Notes under the pieces: generated by a model | What the model saw: the letters and a program-made list of their open reading frames with translations, nothing else | Database searches by the model: none | What the model was told of the DNA's origin: nothing | In this document: one piece after another, positions 18,130-25,617 of the stretch | How the letters are laid out: every line of letters starts with the position of its first letter | Position numbering within the stretch: the first letter of the stretch is position 1 | NCBI GenBank assembly: GCA_037446215.1 | Contig: JBBIJB010000020.1 | Span: 1-30,528 of the forward strand | Length of the DNA: 30,528 bases | From: Armatimonadota bacterium | GTDB lineage: Bacteria; Sysuimicrobiota; Sysuimicrobiia; Sysuimicrobiales; Humicultoraceae | Direction of reading: 5' to 3' | Made by a program: the position numbers and the translations under genes

Positions 18130-18138
18130 ATCTTATCA
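18130..18138 (-). promoter_or_regulatory. Putative extended -10 promoter of tRNA-Ser(CGA)
   Basis: Minus strand reads TGa-TAAGAT, 8 nt upstream of the tRNA 5' end. Confidence 0.5.
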
Positions 18139-18146
18139 CGACCGCC

Positions 18147-18326
18147 TCACGGGAAACAGGAGCTCGGGCAGTCGATAGTGGGTCGATCTGGACAGCGGTG
18201 GTTACAGCCCGCCTCCCGCCCGCGCGGCTGCCTCTTTCGACTCCGGCTGCGGTTGTCCGGGGGCCCCATGAAGTCGAGCCCGTTTGCCGTGCGCAGCTCC
18301 TGGAGCCGGTTGATGCTCTCCAGCAT
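18147..18326 (-). CDS. Possible small protein (59 aa) with a basic middle and Cys-rich tail
   Basis: The first ~20 codons end almost entirely in G/C; it fills the mrpG-tRNA gap; no family recognised. Confidence 0.3.
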   Translation of the reverse strand: MLESINRLQELRTANGLDFMGPPDNRSRSRKRQPRGREAGCNHRCPDRPTIDCPSSCFP

Positions 18327-18372
18327 TGAAGGACAATCCTGCACTTTCACGCATTCTGCAAGAGTCCTTTCA
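18327..18372 (-). terminator. Long imperfect hairpin starting at the mrpG stop codon
   Basis: Plus strand reads TGAAGGAC-aa-TCCTGCA-13 nt-TGCAAGA-GTCCTTTCA. Confidence 0.45.
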
Positions 18373-18720
18373 GTGAAGGGGGCGCGTCTGGCGGCCGCCC
18401 CTGCGGCGCCGGTTGGCCCTCGCCTGAGAGCCGGGGACCTGCTCCCAGGGCCTGTAGCCCGTCTCGTACATCGCCTTGGATATCATGTGAGCGCTCACCG
18501 GAGAGGTCAGCATGACGAACAGCAGCGTGACCACCTCTCGGCCGTTGGTGCCGTGCGCGATGATTGCCGCCGTGATCACGAGCGCGAGCCCAAGCGTAGC
18601 GGCCTTGGTGGCCGCGTGCAACCGGGCGTAGGCGTCGGCGAACCTGTACAGCCCCAGGGCGGCGACGAGCGCCAGGGCGGATCCGCAGAGCATGAAGGCG
18701 ACCACCAGGAGGTCACGCAA
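18370..18720 (-). CDS. mrpG: Mrp Na+/H+ antiporter subunit G
   Basis: Motifs GLYRFADAYARLHAATKAATLG and TSPVSAH; TTG start at 18720 with GGAGG upstream. Confidence 0.9.
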   Translation of the reverse strand: MRDLLVVAFMLCGSALALVAALGLYRFADAYARLHAATKAATLGLALVITAAIIAHGTNGREVVTLLFVMLTSPVSAHMISKAMYETGYRPWEQVPGSQARANRRRRGGRQTRPLH

Positions 18721-18982
18721 TCGGAGGCCTCCCCCGCACATACCGCGCGGCGGCGATCGTGCCGATGAATCCCAGGATGGCGACCACCGCCGCCACGTCG
18801 GCGTAGAGTCGTGTACCCGCGCGGATTCCGAGGACCGCGACGATGTTTATCAGGAACAGCGAGATCGCGTCGCCGGCGACGACCCGGTCTCCCAGGTGAG
18901 GGCCGCGCAGCACCCTCACGAAGGTCAGCGCCATCGCGACGGTCAGGAGGGCGAGCGATATGGATGAAGCGACGGCGATCAT
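18713..18982 (-). CDS. mrpF: Mrp Na+/H+ antiporter subunit F
   Basis: Motifs RVLRGPHLGDRVVAGD and LGFIGTIAAARY; 3 TM segments. Confidence 0.92.
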   Translation of the reverse strand: MIAVASSISLALLTVAMALTFVRVLRGPHLGDRVVAGDAISLFLINIVAVLGIRAGTRLYADVAAVVAILGFIGTIAAARYVRGRPPIA

Positions 18983-19320
18983 TCGAGCAGCCCCCGTATC
19001 GGCCGTTCCAGCGTGCGCTTGATCTCCTCGACCGTGGCGGCCGGATCCTCTATCGCCAGCACGTGCACCAGGAGGTAGGTGCGGTCGGAGGCCACATCCA
19101 CCGTCATCGTTCCGGGGATGAGCGTTATTGTGTGGGCGAGCATCGTGATGCCGGCGTCGGTTCGTAGGTCAAGGGGGACCCGCACGAGGCCTGAGTTCAC
19201 ACGCACCCAAGGCCGCAGCACCAGCCACGCGACAGAGACGTTGGCCAGGATGTTCTGGTAGACGAACGTCACGAGCCAGACCAGCCCCGCCCAGACCCTG
19301 CGCGACGCGCGGCCGATCAT
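18979..19320 (-). CDS. mrpE: Mrp Na+/H+ antiporter subunit E (short form)
   Basis: Motifs ANVSVA, LAHTITLIPGTMTVDV, LLVHVL and IKRTLE; ATG overlaps the mrpD stop. Confidence 0.9.
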   Translation of the reverse strand: MIGRASRRVWAGLVWLVTFVYQNILANVSVAWLVLRPWVRVNSGLVRVPLDLRTDAGITMLAHTITLIPGTMTVDVASDRTYLLVHVLAIEDPAATVEEIKRTLERPIRGLLE

Positions 19321-20777
19321 CGCTTCATCACCGCGTTGACATAGGTGGTTCGCGTGGTCAGGTGGCCCGCCGCGGTGGAGGCCAGCGAGGACAGGACCTG
19401 AGCCCGCAGCCCGACCGCCACTGTGATCGCGGCCAGGAGGGCCGCCGGGATGACCAGTCTGGCAGGGGCGCGCTTCGGCTCGCCAGGACCCCAGAAGACC
19501 GCGGCGTAGATCTTGAGCATCGACATCAGGGTGAGGATGCTGACCACTATGCTGACTGCCACAATCCCCGGCTGGCCGGCCTCCAGCCCGGCCCGGATCA
19601 GCAGCAGCTTCGCGAAGAACCCCGAGAAGGGCGGGACCCCGGCCAGCGAGAGGGCGCAGATGACGAAGACGGTGGCGAGCACTCCGTTCGTCCTGGCCAC
19701 GCCTCCGAGCCGGTCGAGCCGGCCCGTCCCGTGGGTCTCCTCGATCGCGCCGCCTGCCAGGATCAGCCCCGCCTTCACCACTATGTGGTGGAGGATGTAG
19801 AAGATCCCCCCGGCGACGCCGATCTGGCTTGCCAGCGCGAGCCCCATGATCATGTAGCCGACCTGGCTGATGATGTGGAACGAGAGGATCCGCCGCACCT
19901 CTTCCTGCGCCAGCGCGCCCAGCACCCCGAGCAGCATCGTTCCGGCCGCGCACCAGAGCAGGAGCGGGTCGGGGCCGCCGCTGGGGAAGACCAGCGTGAA
20001 CACCCTGAACAGCGAGTAGACGCCCACCTTGGTCAGCATGCCGCCGAAGAAGGCCGCCGTGCCTCCCGGCGGTATCGCGTAGGCGTGGGGCAGCCAGAAG
20101 TAGAGCGGGAAGATCGCCGCCTTTATCCCGAACGCGGTCAGCAGCATGTAGGCCCCGGCCCGCACCGGCAGCGCGGGCGCCTGGGGGATCCTCTCGACCA
20201 GGTGGGCGATGTTGAGCGTCCCGGCGGCCGAGTAGATGAGGGCCACGCCGAACAGGAAGAACATAGATGCGATCAGGTTGATCGCCACGTAGCCGAACGC
20301 CTCACGCGCCTGGTGTCGGGTCGTCCCGTGGGTGAGCAGGAAGTACGAGGCTATCAGCATCACCTCGTAGGCAACGTAGAGGTTGAACAGGTCGCCGGTG
20401 AGGAACGCCCAGTTGATCCCCGCCAGCAGGAACTGCCAGCCCGCGTGGACGAACCGGTCGTCCCTTCCCGAGGCCACCGTGAAGACGAGGCCCACCAGGG
20501 CAATCAGCGATGCGATCAGAACCATCAGCGCGCCGAGCATGTCGGCGACGATCGTGATGCCGAACGGAGCCGCCCACCCCCCGGCCTGAATCGGCATGAC
20601 GCGCCCGCCCCGAAGCAGAAGGACCAGCGTGACGCTGACGGCCAGCGAGCCCAGGCAGCTTGCCAGCCCCAGCGTGCGCCGCACCCTGCGCCCGGGCCGC
20701 AGGAGCAGGAGGATGGCCGCGAGGTGCGGCACGACGATCGGCAGCGCAGGCAGCGCCTCGAGGAGTCTAGCTACCAT
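19317..20777 (-). CDS. mrpD: Mrp Na+/H+ antiporter subunit D
   Basis: Motifs GGWAAPFGI, TGDLFNLYVAYEVMLIAS, KAAIFPLYFWLP, LTKVGVY and GVPPFSGFFAK. Confidence 0.95.
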   Translation of the reverse strand: MVARLLEALPALPIVVPHLAAILLLLRPGRRVRRTLGLASCLGSLAVSVTLVLLLRGGRVMPIQAGGWAAPFGITIVADMLGALMVLIASLIALVGLVFTVASGRDDRFVHAGWQFLLAGINWAFLTGDLFNLYVAYEVMLIASYFLLTHGTTRHQAREAFGYVAINLIASMFFLFGVALIYSAAGTLNIAHLVERIPQAPALPVRAGAYMLLTAFGIKAAIFPLYFWLPHAYAIPPGGTAAFFGGMLTKVGVYSLFRVFTLVFPSGGPDPLLLWCAAGTMLLGVLGALAQEEVRRILSFHIISQVGYMIMGLALASQIGVAGGIFYILHHIVVKAGLILAGGAIEETHGTGRLDRLGGVARTNGVLATVFVICALSLAGVPPFSGFFAKLLLIRAGLEAGQPGIVAVSIVVSILTLMSMLKIYAAVFWGPGEPKRAPARLVIPAALLAAITVAVGLRAQVLSSLASTAAGHLTTRTTYVNAVMKR

Positions 20778-21084
20778 CCCTATCCTCCTCGCCCCCGAAC
20801 AGGTGCATCCTGTAGCCCAGCGCCAGCAGGAAGGCGGTCACTCCGAACGAGATGACTATCGCGGTGAGTATCAGCGCCTGGGGCAGGGGATCGGTCATCG
20901 TCCCCTTCGAAGCCCCTATGACGGGCACTCCGCCCCGCAGCCCGGCCGCGAGCAGTATGACCACGTTGGCCGCGTGTGAGAGCAGCGACAGCCCGATGAT
21001 CTGGCGGAGCAGCGAGCGCGCCAGCAGCAGGTAGATACCCGTCGCGACCAGTACGCCCGCCAGCAGCGAGACCAGCGCAGCCAT
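20767..21084 (-). CDS. mrpC: Mrp Na+/H+ antiporter subunit C
   Basis: Motifs GLSLLSHAAN and DPLPQALILTAIVISFG. Confidence 0.95.
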   Translation of the reverse strand: MAALVSLLAGVLVATGIYLLLARSLLRQIIGLSLLSHAANVVILLAAGLRGGVPVIGASKGTMTDPLPQALILTAIVISFGVTAFLLALGYRMHLFGGEEDRDGS

Positions 21085-23861
21085 CAGGCCGCCTCCACCA
21101 GCGATCTAGCCGCGGCCATTACCGTGCCCGTGACCAGCAGCAGGACGCCCGCGTCGAAGATCAGCGAAGATGGGAGCTTGAGGCCTGCGGCCGTCAGGAG
21201 GGTGTGCTGCAGGAGCGGCGCCCCGGCGACCAGCGGCACAGCCTCGGATGCGCCCGCGAGCAGCAGGCCGGCGGCCATCAGGAAGTCCCAGCGTCGGGCC
21301 AGCAGCTCGGCTCCGAACGCCTGCGAGCGGAGCAGCAGGGCCGCGGAGACCATCAGCCCGCCCACGAATCCGCCCCCCGGACCGTAGTGACCGGTTGCCC
21401 AAAGGAGCAGCGCGTAGGCGACTATCATTGGAGAGGCCACCGCCGCCACCGTGCAAAGCACCGGGGAGCTCATCGGCGGTATGTGGGCGGTCTTCCTGGC
21501 GGGCCGCCTTCCCGTCCGCTCGACTTGACCGGCCCGCGTCGCCCCAGGCGCCTGACGGTCCCTCCACGGGGCGAGCGCCATTATCCCCAGCGCGGCGATG
21601 GCCAGGACCGTGATCTCCCCCATGGTGTCCCAACCACGGAAGTCCACGATCACCAGGTTCACGACGTTCATGCCGCCGGCCTCGGCCGCGTGTTCGAAGA
21701 ACTCCGCGGAGACCCTGGGCAGGTGGCTGACCCCGGCGACGGCGTAGGCCATCGCGGCGCTGATCGTGCCCGCGGCCAGCGCGACGCCCAGGTGGATCAG
21801 CGGCCTCCTATGAGGGTGGCCGACGTCGGTCTTGGCCAGCGCCGCGATCGCCACCAGGAACAGGACCAGCGCGATGGTTTCGATCACCGCCTGGGTTATT
21901 GCGATGTCCGGCGCGCTCAGGAGGAGGTAGACGAGGCTTATAGAGTAGCCGGCGGCGCCCAGCGCCAGGACGGCCGCCAGGAGCAGCCGCACGCGGGCCG
22001 CGGCCAGCGCGGCGGCCACGGCCACGAGGACCGCTATCGATGGGCCCCACTCCAGGGCCGTGAGCGAGGGCAGTGCGAGCGGCCTCGCCTGGAACAGCAC
22101 CGCCGATACGAGGGCCACGGCCGTCAACGTGACGTACACAAGGTAGTCGCGCAGCTGGCCGGTCATGTACACTCCCGTCAGCGCCTTGGCCCCTGCCAGG
22201 GTGCCGCCGTAGAGCTTCTCGTAGAGACGCCCCGCGCTCAGCGGAGAGAGCAGCGCCCCCAGTCGGATAGCCCAGGGCTGGCCCCAGACGAGGAGCAGGC
22301 CCAGGGCGACGGTTGCGCCTGTGACCGCGACCACGGTGGCCGTCAGCCCGTGCCACATGCCCATCTTGAATGGGATGCCGGTGGCTTCCGACGCCACGAG
22401 CGATGCCAGCCGCTCCACTGGATGTGGCAGCAGCCCCAGGACGATCGCCGGCAGCGCCAGGGCAGCCGCGGGCCCCCAGAGCAGTCGCGGGGGCTCATGG
22501 ACACCCTTGCCTTCTCCGGCCCCGCGTCCGTTATCACGCCTCCGGAAGAAGATGCCGACGAATCGCGCGCCGTAAGCGAGCGAGAACGCCCCTGACAGCA
22601 CCACGGCCGCGGCGGCCAGGGCTCCGGAGGTGATCGTCTCCGCAGCCGCCCCACCCCGGAGGAGCGCGTCGACCACGGCTTCCTTGCTGAGGAAGCCGCC
22701 CGACGGGGGCAGCCCGGCCAGCGAGACCGCGGCCAAGGTCGCCGTGCCTGCCAGCAGCGGCATGTTCCGGCCCAGGCCTCCAAGCCGGTCGATCCTGCGG
22801 GTGCCCGTCTCGTGCTCCACCGCTCCTGCCACCAGGAACAGCGCGCCCTTGAACGCGGCATGGTTGACTATGTAGGCCATCGCCGCCGCGACCGCCGCCG
22901 GCGTCCCCCACCCGATCAGCGCGACGGCCAGCCCGAGCGCACCGATCGTCGAGTAGGCGAGAAGAGCCTTGAGGTCGGGCTGCACGATCGCCAGGCCGGC
23001 ACCGGTCAGCAGCGTCGCCAGGCCCACAGGGGTCACGACCCCCACCCACAGCGCGGTCCCTCCGAGCACGGGCAGCAGCCTGGCCAGCAGGTACACTCCT
23101 GCCCAGACCATGGTCGCGGCATGAAGATAGGTGGAGACAGGCGTGGGAGCCACCATCGCCGAGGGAAGCCAGAACTGGAACGGTACCTGGGCGGACTTCG
23201 TCATCGCGCCCGCCATCACCAGCGCCAGGATAGCCGGATAGCGAGGGTCGCCCTTGATGACCGCCGCCTTCGCCACCAGGTCGCTTATCTGCCAGGACCC
23301 GCCCGCCTGTGCCAGCAGCACCAGCCCCACCAGCATCGCGACGCCGCCGGCCACGGTTACCACGAGGGCCTGGACGGCGCCCTCACGCGCCGCGCGCTCC
23401 TCGTCGTGGTAGCCGATAAGGAAGAACGAGGCCAGCCCAGTTACTTCCCAGAAGAGGTAGAGGAGGATCAGGTCGTCGGCCAGCACCACTCCCAGCATCG
23501 CACCCATGAAGATGAGCAGTTGGGCGTAGAACCTGCCGAGATTGTCCCCGCGGTGCATGTAGGCGACCGAGTATATAAGGATCGCCAGGCCCACCACCAG
23601 GATCAGGACGGTGAACAGGAGCGCCAGCCCGTCCAGCCTCAGCGCGTACCTGAGGCCGAGGTCCGGGAACCAGGAAAGGGAGAAGGTCGCGGGGTTTCCG
23701 AGCAGCACGGGCCCAGAGAGCCGCCCCACGATCGCGAGCAGCGAGAGCGGGACCAGTGCGCTGAGCCATCCCAGGTACGCCCCGGCCCGCCTCGCGACCA
23801 GGTTCACGCAAAATGCCGCGACGACGGCGGCCAACGGGATTGCGCCCAGCAGGAACGGCAC
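21084..23861 (-). CDS. mrpA: Mrp Na+/H+ antiporter fused subunit A/B (MrpA', group 2)
   Basis: Motifs FWEVT, TKSAQVPF, AMVAPTPVS, NHAAFKGALF, GFLSKE, APDIAITQ and DFRGWDTMGE, followed by the MrpB motif GHYGPGGGFVGG; 925 aa. Confidence 0.95.
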   Translation of the reverse strand: MPFLLGAIPLAAVVAAFCVNLVARRAGAYLGWLSALVPLSLLAIVGRLSGPVLLGNPATFSLSWFPDLGLRYALRLDGLALLFTVLILVVGLAILIYSVAYMHRGDNLGRFYAQLLIFMGAMLGVVLADDLILLYLFWEVTGLASFFLIGYHDEERAAREGAVQALVVTVAGGVAMLVGLVLLAQAGGSWQISDLVAKAAVIKGDPRYPAILALVMAGAMTKSAQVPFQFWLPSAMVAPTPVSTYLHAATMVWAGVYLLARLLPVLGGTALWVGVVTPVGLATLLTGAGLAIVQPDLKALLAYSTIGALGLAVALIGWGTPAAVAAAMAYIVNHAAFKGALFLVAGAVEHETGTRRIDRLGGLGRNMPLLAGTATLAAVSLAGLPPSGGFLSKEAVVDALLRGGAAAETITSGALAAAAVVLSGAFSLAYGARFVGIFFRRRDNGRGAGEGKGVHEPPRLLWGPAAALALPAIVLGLLPHPVERLASLVASEATGIPFKMGMWHGLTATVVAVTGATVALGLLLVWGQPWAIRLGALLSPLSAGRLYEKLYGGTLAGAKALTGVYMTGQLRDYLVYVTLTAVALVSAVLFQARPLALPSLTALEWGPSIAVLVAVAAALAAARVRLLLAAVLALGAAGYSISLVYLLLSAPDIAITQAVIETIALVLFLVAIAALAKTDVGHPHRRPLIHLGVALAAGTISAAMAYAVAGVSHLPRVSAEFFEHAAEAGGMNVVNLVIVDFRGWDTMGEITVLAIAALGIMALAPWRDRQAPGATRAGQVERTGRRPARKTAHIPPMSSPVLCTVAAVASPMIVAYALLLWATGHYGPGGGFVGGLMVSAALLLRSQAFGAELLARRWDFLMAAGLLLAGASEAVPLVAGAPLLQHTLLTAAGLKLPSSLIFDAGVLLLVTGTVMAAARSLVEAA

Positions 23862-23922
23862 CTAGGGCCTACCGAACGGGGTATGGCTCAGACGCAGGCC
23901 ACGACCTCCGCACACTGGACCT

Positions 23923-23951
23923 ACACTACACAGAGCCGGAAGGCAGGTCAA
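23923..23951 (-). promoter_or_regulatory. Putative sigma70 promoter of the mrp operon
   Basis: Minus strand reads TTGACC-17 nt-TAGTGT; predicted TSS near 23916. Confidence 0.7.
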
Positions 23952-23987
23952 GGCCGGCACGTGTCAGTCGGAGAGGGAGGCCCGCCA

Positions 23988-25595
23988 ATGGTGACCAGGA
24001 TCGCCCTGACCTTCGCGGGTGGCGCTTCTCTTGGCGCCTACGCCGCCGGGGCCGCGCACGAGATCCTGTGGGCCCTGTCGCACCGCACGGATCCGCGGCG
24101 GGCCGTCGTGATCGATGTGCTGACCGGCGCCTCCGCCGGCGCCGTGACCGCGGCGCTGGTTGCCCGAGCCCTTCTCGGCGCCCCGCAGGGCGGCCTGCAC
24201 AGGGTGTGGGTTGTCGAGATGAGGCTGGCCGATCTACTCGAAGGGCCGCCCCGGCCCAGCCTGTTTTCGGACCGGGCGCTGTGGGAGCTGGCGCACCGCC
24301 ACCTGCTGCCCCGCGGTAGCGACCCCTCGGAAGCTCCCTGCCCGGCCGCGCCGCCCGAACTGCGGCTGACCTTCGCCCTGTCCAACCTCAACGGGATAAG
24401 CTACGGACTCGGCTACTCCGGAAGGCCCGGCAGCTTCGACACCACTGTCTTCTCCGACCGGATTGCCTTCAGGTTGGGTCCTGGGCTGGGGACAGGAGTG
24501 CAGGCGACGGAGCTGTGGCGCTCAATAGCCCGGGCCGCGATCGCCTCGTCGGCATTCCCGCTTCTCTTCCCCACCGTCACCCTCGAGCGCCGCCTCTTCG
24601 AGTTCGATGGCTCCGACGCCTTTGAACCTCAGGGGACGCGGAGGTTCACCTACTCCGACGGCGGCCTGTTCAACAATGAGCCTGTGGGGCTCGCCCGGCA
24701 GGCGGTCGCGGAGCTCGAGGAGGACCATCCGCAGATCTGGGCCGACGGGCGGATTCACATCCTGGTAGACCCGCACGTCGCCTCGACCGCCGAGGTGCCG
24801 GAGTTCCCCGAGGAGCCGCTGGGGATCCGCCTGACCCTGGAGCGGCTGCTGACGGCGGTGGTGGGTGAGGCCTCGCGCCGGGACTGGGTTCGTGCGGTCA
24901 GGACCAACCGCCGCCTCGAGTGGAAGGAGACGTTGGTTCGTCTCCTCGCCGAGGTCCTCGTGCTCGCCCACCGGGGAGGCGGCCAGGCGATCGGCGATCG
25001 GCTGGAGGCGCTCGCGGAGGAGATCGCCCGCTCCGCCGGCGACCAGGGCATGATGGCCCTAGGCCCCCTGCCCTTCGGTGACGACCCGACGCTCGCCGCG
25101 ATACGGGAAGACCCGGCTCTGACGCGGCTCTTCCTCTGCGCGGCCTACGTGGTCGACTCGGTCGCGGGGCTGCGCGACAAGGTCACGCTGGAGCTACACC
25201 TGGTTGCGCCCGATCGGGGCTCGCTGGCCGGTGACTTCCTCGGCAACTTCGGGGGCCTTTTCAAGGAGGAGTGGCGGGAGCACGACTGGCGGCGCGGCCG
25301 CGCCGACGCGCGAGCCGCCCTCCTGCGGATGGCAGGGGCACATCCCGAATTGGAGTACCTCCCCGACCTGCCCGAGGCCTACGAGCCCGTGCGTGACCTT
25401 CGTGGGGTGGGCCCCGGCGACGTGCCGCGCGACCAGGCGCTGATCCTGGCTGCCGCGCTGGGTGATCGGATCTCCACCCTCCTGGCGCCGGGCCGGTCAG
25501 GAGCCCTTGCGCGGGGAGCCGCACGGGCTGTAGGACGCTATCTCGGCCGCAAAATAGTAGACCGGCTGCTGCGCTCGGGCAACAGCCGGTCCTAG
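23988..25595 (+). CDS. Patatin-like phospholipase
   Basis: GGAGG SD before ATG 23988; Gly-rich AGGASLG, nucleophile motif GASAG, ASSAFP and catalytic DGG; C-terminal LAGDFLGNFGG...REHDWRRGR. Confidence 0.9.
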   Translation: MVTRIALTFAGGASLGAYAAGAAHEILWALSHRTDPRRAVVIDVLTGASAGAVTAALVARALLGAPQGGLHRVWVVEMRLADLLEGPPRPSLFSDRALWELAHRHLLPRGSDPSEAPCPAAPPELRLTFALSNLNGISYGLGYSGRPGSFDTTVFSDRIAFRLGPGLGTGVQATELWRSIARAAIASSAFPLLFPTVTLERRLFEFDGSDAFEPQGTRRFTYSDGGLFNNEPVGLARQAVAELEEDHPQIWADGRIHILVDPHVASTAEVPEFPEEPLGIRLTLERLLTAVVGEASRRDWVRAVRTNRRLEWKETLVRLLAEVLVLAHRGGGQAIGDRLEALAEEIARSAGDQGMMALGPLPFGDDPTLAAIREDPALTRLFLCAAYVVDSVAGLRDKVTLELHLVAPDRGSLAGDFLGNFGGLFKEEWREHDWRRGRADARAALLRMAGAHPELEYLPDLPEAYEPVRDLRGVGPGDVPRDQALILAAALGDRISTLLAPGRSGALARGAARAVGRYLGRKIVDRLLRSGNSRS

Positions 25596-25617
25596 TCCTC
25601 GTTCAGCGGCCGCCGGC

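Noticed and set aside
18220..18300. c-di-GMP-I riboswitch-like GGCAAAC...GAAA words
   Set aside because: Spacing and pairing do not fit the two-stem aptamer, and no regulated CDS follows.
22812..25595. 927-aa ORF suggesting a large N-terminally extended patatin
   Set aside because: The first 392 codons are mostly the antisense shadow of mrpA plus the intergenic gap. A GGAGG SD and ATG at 23988 give the real start.
23988..25595. Patatin as a CBASS (CapV-like) or other defence effector
   Set aside because: There is no CD-NTase, Cap2/Cap3, STAND ATPase or other defence gene nearby; the neighbours are housekeeping or envelope genes.
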